Below, piece by piece: positions 20,933-32,093 of a stretch of 64,000 bases of DNA. Each line of letters opens with the position of its first letter. Within the stretch, counting starts at the first letter, position 1. The notes under the pieces are model-generated. The model made no database searches, was not told where the DNA came from, and saw nothing but the letters and a program-made list of their open reading frames with translations. The stretch is from Nitrososphaerota archaeon (GTDB lineage Archaea; Thermoproteota; Nitrososphaeria_A; Caldarchaeales; Caldarchaeaceae). The stretch lies in contig JBEPYN010000001.1 in assembly GCA_041641305.1 (NCBI GenBank), positions 787,183 through 851,182 on the forward strand, read 5' to 3'. Both the position numbers and the translations under genes were made by a program.

Positions 20933-21358
20933 ATGTTGGGCCATAAGTGGGCTGAGGGCTTCGTTGTGACAAGGCACGAGGATGTTGAACGCTTGTTAGA
21001 GAGGTCGATGTGGTTTTTTGAAACAGCCCTCATGCAGGCTGGCCGTGGGTTTTACGACCTCGCAGTCTTCAGCCTGGAGCAGTCTCTCCAACTATATCTG
21101 AAGTCATGTCTTCTGCGGCTCGGCGTAGACTATCCGAGAACACACAGCGTGAGAAAGCTCTTGGAAATTATCCGCGACATAACTGGGGATAGAGATGTTG
21201 AGGAGATTCTATCGAGATATGCTGTCGAGCTAGGCTCGCTGGAAGACGCATACATAACTTCACGATACGTTGCTAGAACCTATACAGCCGGAGAGGTTGA
21301 GAGGTTGAAAAACACCGTGGAGGAAATTAGGAATGTCGTCGGCAGAATTCTTGGTTAA
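20933..21358 (+). CDS. HEPN domain protein
   Basis: YDLAVFSLEQSLQLYLK, YPRTHS, LEDAYITSRY; true start may be GTG 20966. Confidence 0.92.
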   Translation: MLGHKWAEGFVVTRHEDVERLLERSMWFFETALMQAGRGFYDLAVFSLEQSLQLYLKSCLLRLGVDYPRTHSVRKLLEIIRDITGDRDVEEILSRYAVELGSLEDAYITSRYVARTYTAGEVERLKNTVEEIRNVVGRILG

Positions 21359-21674
21359 GGAGGCTAAACGCAGGGCGGAGGTGTTCGGAAACCTGCAGCA
21401 ATACTTAGAGAAGCTGGCGGCCATCGTCGCGAAACTCGACCCCAATGCAGAGGTTTACCTTTTCGGCAGCGTTGCTGAGAATAAACACCTACTTTCAAGC
21501 GATATAGATATACTTGTTGTGACAGGAAAAAAGCCGGGCGAGGTTCTCGCTGAGCTTTGGCGCGAAGGTATAGGAGACCCGTTTGAGATTCATGTGGTGA
21601 CAGACGATGTTGTAGAGGTTTACAGAAGGAGATCCACGCTTGTCAAGATCAACCAGCCGACGCAGAGAAAATAA
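21333..21674 (+). CDS. MNT nucleotidyltransferase
   Basis: VYLFGSVA..SDIDILV; PFEIH. Confidence 0.92.
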   Translation: MSSAEFLVKEAKRRAEVFGNLQQYLEKLAAIVAKLDPNAEVYLFGSVAENKHLLSSDIDILVVTGKKPGEVLAELWREGIGDPFEIHVVTDDVVEVYRRRSTLVKINQPTQRK

Positions 21675-22309
21675 GCTTAGCCAAATCTAGGTATACCTCA
21701 CCACCAAAAAGCATCGTGACTTTTTCATGGCAGCTTCTATTTTTCGGGTGACAGTGAGTGACCCATCCAAGGCGTTGTAAAGGTTCAGTAATAGCTTACC
21801 ACACTAGCGGCCATCTATACAAATTCGTAAAACTTATCACAGTATACACGATGTCGGGCTCGTCCCTATAGAAATGTAAGCTGTTTAGGTAAAACGAATG
21901 CAATGCCACAGCAGCGCTTCTCTGGCCATTGTCGTTCCTAGCCTCTGCGACAACATTTCTCGGCTTTATTGGAGCAGCTCTTGCATAACTCTGGTGGTCG
22001 CTGGAGTTGTGGGAGTTTTTCCGATGGGAACAGGGGTTTTGGGAGTCATAGAGATATGAGTGATCACGCTGGCGTCTCTCATCATACCCACGGGGGATAG
22101 GGTACTATATGATATGGGGTGCTTCCATTGTGTAGCCGGGGGCCTCATTCTGGCATGGCAAACCTAAGCAGCTGCCTGCCATGAATAAGAGTTAGCTCGA
22201 TAAGACCTCTAAGGCCTTTCCCGTGGTGCAATAAACACTCCCCACACAGTAGCTCTCTACTCAACACATATTTAATAATTCAAAGAAAAATCCTTTTGGC
22301 CTAGGTCAC

Positions 22310-22602
22310 TTTATCATGCTGTGTGTAAAGCTTTGCTAGCAAAACGTTGTTTTGAAGCTGGATGTTGCCTTTCATGTTCTATACCATAATTGATCTGCTT
22401 GATGGCGTACTGTACGGACACTAACGTTCCTCTCGGGTATCCATCATCTCGACCCCAGTATGGTTATCCTGTACGGCCTGCCCCTCTTACCGTCGTTGTT
22501 CTCCCTAATCTCATCAGGATAAAGCCTTATGAACCCCAGATCTAGTATGAGGATGCCCCTCCTGATGAGTCTCTCATCAACCCTCCCCCAGTAGGATGTC
22601 AT
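22310..22602 (-). mobile_element. Truncated IS transposase remnant, same family as 12654
   Basis: MTSYWGRVDERLIRRGILILDL..NDGKRGRPY then stop; left boundary approximate. Confidence 0.7.
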
Positions 22603-22635
22603 TGAAAAGGAGAAGTAAAGGTAGGCCTTACCCTT

Positions 22636-23470
22636 GAACTCGTCTCTAAATTATTTAAGCGCTCTTAGGTTTATGTCTCCTCAGCATGGAGTTCAGGGAG
22701 CTCAGTGATATCTCGTGGGAGTTGATTAGGCCGCTTCTCCCTCATAAGCCCAGGGTCGATAGGCCTAGGGCTGATGACAGATGCGTTATAAACGGCATAC
22801 TCTATGTCGTCACTACTGGGTGCCGATGGATGGACATGCCTGCTGAATATGGTTCTCATAAGACGGCTTGGAGGAGGCTTAGGCTTTGGCAGGAGCTGGG
22901 CGTCTGGGACAGGATATTGAGGGCCCTTGCATCGTCTAGGAGGGCTAATAGGGTCGCAGTGGACAGCACCACCGTCGAGGCTAAAAAGTGGGAGAGCTGG
23001 TAGGGTACGACGGCTTCAGGGGGAGGAAGGCTCTAAAATACATGTCTGCGTCGACGGAGACTCCATGCCGCTAAGTATAGCCATAGGGCCTAGAAACGAG
23101 CACGACTTTAAGAGGCTCACGGAGCTGGTCAGCTGGCTAGACGCGAAGCCCAGAGAGCCATACGCCGATACGGCGTACGATACCGAGGGGATAAGGAGTG
23201 ACCTCTCCTCGATGGACATAGAGCCTAACATACCTGTCAACCCAAGGAACGGCAGGAGACCAAGACACTACAACGTGGAGCTCTACAGGAGGGTGAGGAG
23301 CGCAGTAGAGAGGTTCTTCGCGTTGATCAAGAGCTTCAGGAGGCTCGCGATAAGATACGAGAGGCTGGTTGAGATGTTCAGCGCATTCATGAAGGTAGAA
23401 TGCATAATAATCTACATCCGGAGGAGGAAATTGAAATGAGTTCATGGAAACGGAATTTGGAGACGAGTTC
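22636..23470 (+). mobile_element. IS5-family insertion sequence (two-ORF, IS427/IS1031-like)
   Basis: 17-bp terminal inverted repeats GAACTCGTCTC(T/C)AAATT at 22636-22652 and 23454-23470; ORFA 22686..23003 (TGCRW.DMP.EYG), ORFB to 23439 (KIHVCVD, AD.AYD, VERFF..RYE); junction at AAAAAG. Confidence 0.92.
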
Positions 23471-23936
23471 GGTTATGATGGATAATTCGGAAAAACGGAT
23501 TGATGTGGTTGCATTTTTAACCTATAAGGGTAGCGAGCTCAGGCTCTGGATTGCCGTAACGGAGAGGATGGATGTTGGATGCGTTATTGAGGCCAAGATA
23601 TATCATAAGATGGATGAGAGCGCGGAGGCAGATGAATAACTATCGTATCTCTCTCAAAGAATCGACGAGGAATTATCTAGAGCTTAAACGAAGCCCGCCT
23701 GAGCAGGTAGAATCCCTCAGACTCTTGGAGAGCAGTATGTCACCGTATTCTGCACTGTGGCCCTATCACTGCAGTTACTCACTGTTGTCTCGAGAAAGGA
23801 TTGTAATCTTCCGCCCAATTTTTAACTGACTACATGGACAGGATTTCATACTATCCCTTTGCTGAGCTGTGGTCAAAGCATGTTGTAGAGGAACTATGGA
23901 AGCGTGTCTATTGGAAAATTTTTCAAAATGCGTGCT

Positions 23937-24437
23937 TCACCATAGAATGTCGGGCGCGTTTGTTGTTTGCAAAACCTTCACTTTGCCTGCCTGAGAAGCA
24001 TTTGACACCTTCTCCCTGTCTATTTGCCATTTCTCCCGTGGTCCGGGATTCTTCCTGCTATGAGGAATAAACCAGCCGTCATCGATTATGTCACTTGGTA
24101 TTAAGTAAATTTTAACCCAAAAATTCCTCAAATCATTTTTAAAGTTGAAAAAGACCCACGCAATCCATAATTTCATACCTCTTTTCTCGGACTCCTCCAT
24201 ACATTTCTTAAATTTTTTCCACTGTGGGGGAAAGTCTCTCAAGCCAGAATTGTAATGTTTTCTGGTGACTACCATTACAAGGGCTGGGCCTCCCAAGAGC
24301 TTATTCTCGTCCAATACGACCAGGTCGTAGGTAAGGTTAGCTCTGCTTACGTTCAACACTATAGTCTCCCCAACCGATGACAGTAGACCCGCAACCAATG
24401 ATTCTCCAAATTCAGCCACCAATCCTGGTGGTACCAT
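23937..24437 (-). CDS. Hypothetical protein, possibly PD-(D/E)XK-like nuclease
   Basis: 166-codon AT-rich ORF; GE..YDLVV pattern only weakly suggestive. Confidence 0.4.
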   Translation of the reverse strand: MVPPGLVAEFGESLVAGLLSSVGETIVLNVSRANLTYDLVVLDENKLLGGPALVMVVTRKHYNSGLRDFPPQWKKFKKCMEESEKRGMKLWIAWVFFNFKNDLRNFWVKIYLIPSDIIDDGWFIPHSRKNPGPREKWQIDREKVSNASQAGKVKVLQTTNAPDILW

Positions 24438-24852
24438 TCACCGTAGCCCTCACGGTTCATCCTAGCACACATGATATATATGTTCTTAATGAAGTGCTGA
24501 CATTATCTTCCTACGTATCTCGACCCTGGGCATGAATGGGTTGAGGTCGTGAAATGAAGCTCCCCAGCGTTTTTCTCCCCGCACTCTCGGCGGCGAGCGT
24601 CTTCGACACCCTTATCACTGGCCTCTCCCTACAGATCAGCTCCACTGGGCCTCTAGCCTTGTTAAAAACGTGCCTTGCCCGCTTCACTCATCCTGAAAGC
24701 GCTCTCTCGGTTCGGAGTCCATGTGAGGAGATGTTCGCCGACCGCTCAGCAGTGTTCCTCTGATGACCGAGTTGAAGGTATTCTACTGAAGCGTTGTGCA
24801 TCGGTCCATCTCGTCCTGCTGTGATGCACTCCACTCTCCTTTGACGCCTATG

Positions 24853-25530
24853 TCAAGAGTGTTGCGGCTTGTCGGCCTCGGCCTCGCTTATCCTCCATCC
24901 TGGGTGATGTCTTCTCGCCCATTTCTCGGAGACCATGCCGTGTGTTAGGATGGCGCGGAGGGTCTCCCAGTTCAAGGGATTTATAGCCAGCATGAAGTGG
25001 CCCGCAAGAGGTATTGCTGTCATTATGAAGCCTATGTCGTGTATCAGGAGTAACACGGCCTTATACCGGACCCCAAGTATGTCGAATACCATGAGTATTC
25101 CCGAGATGCCGAGTAGGAGGACGCCGAAGTGGACCAGCAGGAGGAATAGTTTCTCGATGGGGTGGTGGAAGCCTATCAAGGGGTATTTCTTTGTGATGCC
25201 GAGCCACCTGGCCATCACGGTGAATGCATCCCTTATCTCCCTCCAGCTGGGCCACCACCACTCCTCACCCCTCGCCTGGATAGCTCTCGCAATTATCAGG
25301 GGTATGGCGGGGGCTAGGAGAATTATCGTGACGTAGTAGTGCAGAGTCTCCCTAACCTCTTCGCCGCCCAGTACGTTGTAGATAAACCCGAATAGCTTTC
25401 CATCAAAGACAGGCAGCCCCGTTATGAAGCCTATGGTCACGCCTAAGAGGAGAAGCCAGTGAGTGGCTCTCGCAAGCTTGCTCCACCTCCTAACCATCTT
25501 CTCACTCCTCATGTTTTTCCCTCCTTCCAC
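24853..25530 (-). CDS. Di-heme cytochrome b membrane subunit (PhsC/FdnI-like)
   Basis: THW, LHY, IHD, GHF His ligands; W...HHP.W C-terminus. Confidence 0.85.
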   Translation of the reverse strand: MEGGKNMRSEKMVRRWSKLARATHWLLLLGVTIGFITGLPVFDGKLFGFIYNVLGGEEVRETLHYYVTIILLAPAIPLIIARAIQARGEEWWWPSWREIRDAFTVMARWLGITKKYPLIGFHHPIEKLFLLLVHFGVLLLGISGILMVFDILGVRYKAVLLLIHDIGFIMTAIPLAGHFMLAINPLNWETLRAILTHGMVSEKWARRHHPGWRISEAEADKPQHS

Positions 25531-26293
25531 GGATTATGTGAATTATGCCAAGTATCACTGCAGCGGCCATCGCGGCCTCGGTTAAGGGCTTAACCACTAA
25601 ATCCTTCAACCAACTCCATTGCTGGAAGCTTGCTCCCTGGTCTCCGCCCCTGCTCGGATACCTAACCATCTCGTATGCGCCTCTCCTAGGAGCGTAGAAG
25701 AGCTTGGGCCTGGTTCCAAACTCGTCCCTGGGTGGAACCGCTAAGCCGTCTGCAACGAGCTTGTAGACAGGGTCGTCAGGATTGTCTAGGTCGCCGAACA
25801 TTCTGGCCCCGAATGCGCATTCCTCTACACATGCAGGAACCCAGAGTCCCTCACCATTCTTCCTATGGTAGCAGAAGGTGCACTTGTCGGGGACCCCTAT
25901 CTTGAGGGCGTGCTCATGCTGGATGTTTCCATCAAACTCGTCCATTAGCCTCGTCCTAACACCGTAAGGACATGCATCAATACACAGCCCGCATCTGATG
26001 CATTTGCTGGAGTCGAGTAGGACCACTCCCTCAGCCGATACGTATGAGGCCCCTGTTGGACACGCATTTACACACGGCGGGTTCTCGCAGTGAAGACACT
26101 GGATGAAGACTCTTTTCTCACCCGCTGCTGTGCTTACGTGATAAGGCCGCGTTCGGGCATATTTTACAGGCTCATCAGGGAGTAGGAATGTTCCGTCCGC
26201 TCTCCTCCTCGCCGTGTTCTCGACTATGCATGCGATCACGCATGCATAGCATCCGACGCATTTGTTGAGGTCTATAACCATGGCGGGCCTCAT
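25502..26293 (-). CDS. 4Fe-4S dicluster subunit (PhsB/PsrB-like)
   Basis: CVGCYAC..C, CLHCENPPC..CP, CIRCGLC..CPY, KCTFC. Confidence 0.92.
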   Translation of the reverse strand: MRPAMVIDLNKCVGCYACVIACIVENTARRRADGTFLLPDEPVKYARTRPYHVSTAAGEKRVFIQCLHCENPPCVNACPTGASYVSAEGVVLLDSSKCIRCGLCIDACPYGVRTRLMDEFDGNIQHEHALKIGVPDKCTFCYHRKNGEGLWVPACVEECAFGARMFGDLDNPDDPVYKLVADGLAVPPRDEFGTRPKLFYAPRRGAYEMVRYPSRGGDQGASFQQWSWLKDLVVKPLTEAAMAAAVILGIIHIIRGRREKHEE

Positions 26294-28745
26294 GCGCTCA
26301 CCCTCCTCACCTTTACCCTGAAATCATATAATGCGGCAGTCCCTGTTCCCGGCAATATGATGAACGGTGATAGATAGTTTGTGTTTATCCCATGCTTTGG
26401 CATGTATGTGAACTTCACCTTTCCGCTCTCATGGGGACCTGGGTTGAACCCGTGTATACCTGCTATAACCTCCCTGCTTATTTTATTGGTTAATCTAACC
26501 CTTACCATGAGTGATTTCCCGGATTCGGGATGAAGTACTTCTACTTCGTCACCGTCTCTTATGCCGAGCCTCGCTGCTCTCTCAATATGCATGAACACCT
26601 TATCCTTGCCTTCGTACTTGATGGGTTCGATGAGTAGCTTTGTGTCACGTGCCCATGTGTTAACCGCTGAGAGGTTGTGCATATAATCCACCGGGATAAA
26701 TTCGTCATCTGCCAGTCCTCCACCCATCCATCCGGGGGGAACCCATGTAGGGAGAGGGTTCAGGATGCTCTGCTTCCCGATATGGTCTCCAAACATCTCC
26801 AATGCCTTTAGGTTGATGAGCTCTATCTCACCTGTAAGGGTTGTTAAGGAGCCTTTGGAGGTTAAGGGGCTGTAATCAGGCTCACTATATTTTGCCAGAG
26901 TCCCATGCTTTCTCAATATCTCATAGTCTATCCCGAGTTTTTCACATTGACTCCTCCATACATCCTCAGGTCGAAGGATTATTTCGATATCCCCGCTCTT
27001 CTCAGGCATTAGCCTCCTAACAAGCTGGTATATGATCCACGCATGGCTCCTAGCATCGACGTCCGCGGGCGGGTCAACGGCCTTTGACATTAGGCTGACC
27101 TGCCCTATATGGGTTTTAGACACTCCATATAGGGAGGCGTTGTCAAACTCGAAGAAGAATGGGACGGGTAGTATCAAGTCCGCATACTTACATGTCTCAT
27201 TCCACATTACGTCGAGAACCATCACGAATTCCAGCTTGTTTAGCGCTTTTACGACTGTCCGGTCGTCTGGGACATGGGATACGAGGTTCTGTAAAGATAT
27301 GATGGCGGCCTTGATGGGATACGGTTTCTCCTCCAAGATGCTCTTGATGGCAAGCATCGAGTAGGACTTGGTGGAGGCCAATGGGTAGCCGTTCTTCCTC
27401 CAATACCCGATTACGCTCCCGACCTGTTTAGGCTCTGCCTTGAACGGCGCAGGTATCGAGAGCTTCCTCGGCCACGCCACCCCACCCTTTCTCCCCACGC
27501 ACCTAGAAGAACATTCACCAATGCAATAACCCTCCAAAGCATGGGGTCGTTAACGAACCTGACAGCCTTGTATCCATTGTATATGAATGCTCTTGGAGCA
27601 TAAGTGTATAGGTTTTCAGCAACCCATCTGATATCGCCTGGGTTGACGCCGCTCACCTCACCAGCCCACTCGAACGTATATGGTTCTAAAGCATTCTTCA
27701 GTATTGCCAATGCTGTGGCTGTCTTCCGCCCCTCATACTCTCCCACGAATTCTAAGGACGGCTTAACCGCCTCGCTCTTCCACCTGAACTCTTTCAAAAC
27801 TTCATCATAAACAAGGTAATCCATCCCACCGTCTTCCTTCTTTCTTGTGGCTGTCGGCTTAAGTGTCCCGGGGTCGAAGAGCATGGGGGCGTTGGTGAAC
27901 CTCCGCAGATAATCGGCGTCATAGCGTTTTCCAACAAGTATCTCCCTAGCTATTGCGAGGGAGACCGCTAAATCGGTTCCAGGCCTGACGAGAAAGTACC
28001 TCTCAGCGGCCTCGCAGATATCACTATACCTAATCTCGAAGACCGCCACCCTAAGCCCTTTTGAGACCCCTGAGGATAGGACCTTGGCCCAAGGAGCTGC
28101 CACTATGCCGCCGTAAGGATTCCTGGCCATGAACACGGCGAACTGCGCCCTCTCAAAGTCGTGGTAGATGCCTCCGGGCCCCACATGCGTCCCGAAGAGA
28201 AACCATCTCCCAGCATCAGCAGACATGTGACAAGTGTCAGCATAGTCGGTCACGTTCGGCGTCCCCAGAAGATATGCAAACGAATCCATTACGCCTTTCT
28301 CGCATCCCTGATGGGAGAAAACAATCATCTGCTCAGGCTTATTGAGATACTTTCTCAGGTTCTCGGCCGCGTAATCCAGAGCCTCATCCCACCCAATTTC
28401 CCTGAACTCCCCAGAACCTCTCTCGCCAACCCTGACCATCGGCCTCCTAATTCTGTCAGGGTGATTCCAGACATCAGCCAACGCCCTAGGTCTACCGCAG
28501 GCGGCAAAATACCTCTCATACTTAGGGTCGAAATTGTGAACCACTTGGTGCAGAGTCTTTCCATCAATAACGCGAATCTTGACCGGGCAGCCCTGACCAC
28601 AGATTATACAAGTAGAATACTTCCACTCCCCTTCTACGGGAGAAGCGGCTGGAAACCACTTTCCCGCACTAACATTATTCAGCACAACAAATGAAAGCGG
28701 AGACAATCCGACGACTTTGAGGAAGCCGCGTCTACCAAGGGACAT
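26290..28745 (-). pseudogene. Molybdopterin oxidoreductase catalytic subunit (PhsA/PsrA-like), split by a single frameshift
   Basis: Tat GRRGFL, CIICGQGC..C, DTCH; ORFs 27411..28745 and 26290..27537 join if one G is added at 27493-27496. Confidence 0.85.
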
Positions 28746-29624
28746 CGTCTCTCAATTAAAAATCCTCTTGTGCATGATTTCAGTCTTGCTGTTCAAATGA
28801 TTATAGTAGACTGCAGATGCATAACATTGTTGACGGCTGCTGGAATTGAACCAAGACCCCAGATTTCATATGTAGCAGAGTTTTCTTACCAATTGTAGTG
28901 TTCGCAGCCTTACAGACTGGCTCGGCTACCTTAATCGTATTCTTCCCACTACTTGAATCTCCCAAAACCAGCGACAACATATGACATCACTAATATTTTC
29001 CAACACTGTGCTAGCCTTAGCAGCTCTATCGGAGGTTTTCCAGAAACACGCAACAGCCGAATCTGAGGTCTCTGCAATACATTTGAAAAGAGGCTTGATG
29101 TATTGAATAGATTTGACCCACCTCATCGTGTCCAATTTTTAGATCCACGCATTGTGGGCGCTGTCGCAAAGGTCACCATACGCCTACTTGGCCCAGCAAT
29201 TGGGACAGAACACGTGAACAGGAGAAATATTACAAAGGTTTTTGGAAATTGTGGTGAGGCCCTCAACTGCGTAACATGTTTGAAGCTGAGGAATATGGAT
29301 GCGAACGCGATATACCCTATGTCGACCATGGAGGGGCTCGTTAGAGTAATGGAGGAAGCAGATTGAACAATTGTATTCGGATGGGAACAGCAAGCGTGGG
29401 CTTTAGGCAGTTGCAACAAGTTTGGACGAGGAACAAGCGGCGGCGGAAAAAAGCCTGTCAAAATGAGGCTCTGGCTATGGCCTCCTGTGCTACGCCGCTT
29501 AGAGAGCTACCGTTAATATGGTGTAAAAAGACGTGAAAGATAAGAACAAACATGTTCCTAAGATAGAAACTCTTTAGGCATTGGGCGCTGATGTGATGTA
29601 GTGGGGGGTTTAATTATACATGGG

Positions 29625-30146
29625 TTAGTGTTTTCGTGTCTGTATGTAGGTTCCGAGGGCCGCTAAAGCCGCTGTAATCGCGAATGCTGTGATGAGCGGT
29701 AGCCTCAGTGTTGTGAGTGCTTGGATGAGGAGTAGGCTTCCCAGCAGAACTGTTGCTAGTGCTAAGATTTTTTCGGACAAAAGCACACCGATGACGAACA
29801 ACACTATGCCGACCACTGCCGCGATGGCGAAGCCTGCGAGACCCGATGCTAGACTGTATCCGAGAATGCCCAAGGCTAATCCGATGCCGAGTCTGAGTGC
29901 GAAGATTGCCAACAACCCACCTAAAACGAAACACGCTATCGCTGCAACAATCGATAGACCTGCCAGGTAAGGGGTGAGAAGAGCCAAGGCAAGGAATGCC
30001 GCAGCCAAGCCGCCGGCGATGAATACAAGAGCTTTCGCAACCTTCTTGCCGACGAAAATCAGGGCAAGCGCCACAACAAACAGCACAGCAACCGGTAGAA
30101 GCGAGGCCGATGGCGGAAGAAACGTGGACAACAAATCCAGACTCAT
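29625..30146 (-). CDS. Multi-pass membrane protein (DUF4203-like)
   Basis: Almost entirely hydrophobic, ~6-7 TM. Confidence 0.8.
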   Translation of the reverse strand: MSLDLLSTFLPPSASLLPVAVLFVVALALIFVGKKVAKALVFIAGGLAAAFLALALLTPYLAGLSIVAAIACFVLGGLLAIFALRLGIGLALGILGYSLASGLAGFAIAAVVGIVLFVIGVLLSEKILALATVLLGSLLLIQALTTLRLPLITAFAITAALAALGTYIQTRKH

Positions 30147-30202
30147 GAACAGAGACCACTATGACATCTACCTATGCTATATTAACTTGTAAGGGCTGTT
30201 CA

Positions 30203-30520
30203 TTATTTTTTCTTGGCGACGGCGTATGCCCCCAGGGCTGCGATGAGTATTAGCAGTAGACCTATTGCGATGAGCGGGTTGATTGTCGCGGGGATCGTGA
30301 GGCTTGCTCCGATGACGAGTGCGACTCCTCCCCAGAGTATGTAGTATAGCTGTTTTCCCGAGACTGTGGCGTATGCGATTGTGTATATTCCGAATGCTGC
30401 GAGGACGATGCCGACAGCTGCCAAGGGCTGGATGGTGACTACGCCCGTGCCCGAGAGAATCAGTACCGCTCCGGCGGCGGCGAGAAGCGTGATTAACGCG
30501 CCTGAGCTGTATCTTGTCAC
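30203..30520 (-). CDS. 4-TM membrane protein
   Basis: GTG 30520 overlaps the SPFH-gene stop; hydrophobic helices. Confidence 0.75.
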   Translation of the reverse strand: MTRYSSGALITLLAAAGAVLILSGTGVVTIQPLAAVGIVLAAFGIYTIAYATVSGKQLYYILWGGVALVIGASLTIPATINPLIAIGLLLILIAALGAYAVAKKK

Positions 30521-31554
30521 TGTATTTTCGCACCGCATTCGGGGCAGAATTTTGAGCCCTGCGGCACCTCGTGGCCGTTGGGGCATCTGGTCGACTGGGT
30601 GAGCGGTGCTCCACATTCGGGGCAGAACTTGGAGCCTACAGGTGCATCGTGTCCGTTGGGGCACTTGACCGTCGCTTGCTGCGGCTGGGGTGCAAGGGGT
30701 TTTCCGCAGTTGCCGCAGAACTTGACGCCCTGCTGGTTCTGGTAGCCGCAGTGTGGACATGCTACGAGAATGGTTTGAGGCTGCTGAGCAGGCTGCTGGA
30801 AGAGAGGCGGTATCACAGCTATACCTGCGCCCACAGCCGCCCCCGGACTCTGGGAGAGGGACTCGGCTGTTTTCTGCACAGTCTGCATCCTGAGAACCTC
30901 CGCAGCCGAAACACCTTGCCTCAAATAGAATATCCTATCCCTCCAATCCGGCGTCGTGTCGAGGCCCTCGAACTTGACATCTATCAGCTCGAGGCCTATT
31001 CTCTTGAAGGCTGTTCCGACCGCGTTTCTCGCGATGAAGCTTGTCTCGTCAAGCCTTCCGTAAACATCGGTTATGCTGTGCTGGCTGAGCTCATCTATGA
31101 GAGACTCGTTGAAGTAGGCGCGTAGATATTCTTGGAGCTGCTCCGTCGAGTATGCGCCTTGAGACCCAACAACTTCCTGGACGAAGAGGTTGGGCTCCGA
31201 AACCCTGAACCAGAAGCTTCCGAAGAACTTGAGCGGGGCCAGCTCCTTTGTCTGACCCTGTGCACCAAACTTGCCCTGGAACTGCTTGAGCGAGACAAAA
31301 ATCACGGCTGCTTTGAACGGGACCCTGTCATAGCCCGTAACAGCTGCGAGAATTTTTCCGAGCAGCGGCAAGTTAGCCGTAGTGATGACATGCCGCCCAG
31401 CCCTAAAGACGTCGTATGCTTTTCCATCTCGTAGGAAAACCGCGGCCTGAGGCTCCTCAACTACCAGTGCACTGCCCCACTCTATCTCATTTATCGGATA
31501 CCTCCAGACGATGTCTCCCTCTCTTGCACCCACCCATTGGATGACCTTCGGCAT
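30517..31554 (-). CDS. SPFH (YdjI-like) domain protein with C-terminal zinc ribbons
   Basis: IVWRYP..GSALVVEEPQAAVFLRDG..GRH..TT.N.P; CPHC..CGNC, two CPNGH..FCPECG. Confidence 0.9.
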   Translation of the reverse strand: MPKVIQWVGAREGDIVWRYPINEIEWGSALVVEEPQAAVFLRDGKAYDVFRAGRHVITTANLPLLGKILAAVTGYDRVPFKAAVIFVSLKQFQGKFGAQGQTKELAPLKFFGSFWFRVSEPNLFVQEVVGSQGAYSTEQLQEYLRAYFNESLIDELSQHSITDVYGRLDETSFIARNAVGTAFKRIGLELIDVKFEGLDTTPDWRDRIFYLRQGVSAAEVLRMQTVQKTAESLSQSPGAAVGAGIAVIPPLFQQPAQQPQTILVACPHCGYQNQQGVKFCGNCGKPLAPQPQQATVKCPNGHDAPVGSKFCPECGAPLTQSTRCPNGHEVPQGSKFCPECGAKIQ

Positions 31555-32090
31555 CAGCCGCTCACCTCAGCCAAGCCCCGCAACATCATCATCCTCTCGT
31601 CTATCAACTTATCGATTTCGGCCACAGCTGCGCGGAGCGTGTCCAGCTTCTGCCTCCATTCCTCAGACCCGGCGTTCGCCGCCATGAGCTCCGAGGCCAG
31701 CTTCTTCACTCTCTCAGCTCTCTCAATCATGGAGAGGTCATGCTCGATCACTGCGTCGAGCTTGTCCTCCCTCACTTTGACTGCGTCGAAGAGCCCTGCG
31801 TAGCCAGCCACAGCCTTATCTATCCTCTGCGTGACCCTGTCAATCTCGGCTCTGAGGTTTTCGAAGGCAAACTTGGCGTCGGAGTCGTAGGCGAGTTTCC
31901 TGACAACGGAGGGATTCATCGGAGCGTTGAGAATGTCTCTCGATTCCGCGAGTAGGGAGCTTACCTTTCTTCTGACGAGAATGTCTGTCTCTCTCCTCAG
32001 CTCCTTCTCCTTATAGCCCCTGTATCCCGGAATGTAGCCTGCGACACGTTCAAGCAGTCCCATCTCCCTCTTGACACGGTCCACCGACAA
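31554..32090 (-). CDS. Conserved alpha-helical protein
   Basis: IPGYRGYKEKELRRETD..GY.GLFDAVKV; coupled in operon. Confidence 0.75.
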   Translation of the reverse strand: MSVDRVKREMGLLERVAGYIPGYRGYKEKELRRETDILVRRKVSSLLAESRDILNAPMNPSVVRKLAYDSDAKFAFENLRAEIDRVTQRIDKAVAGYAGLFDAVKVREDKLDAVIEHDLSMIERAERVKKLASELMAANAGSEEWRQKLDTLRAAVAEIDKLIDERMMMLRGLAEVSG

Positions 32091-32093
32091 ATC

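Noticed and set aside
21700-22300. Gene-free stretches (also 6700-7200, 23470-23930, 24450-24850)
   Set aside because: Probably decayed genes, but no family or RNA structure could be recognised
29103-29366. Possible degenerate PIN/VapC remnant (LKLRNMDA)
   Set aside because: N-terminal catalytic Asp motif not found; too weak to call
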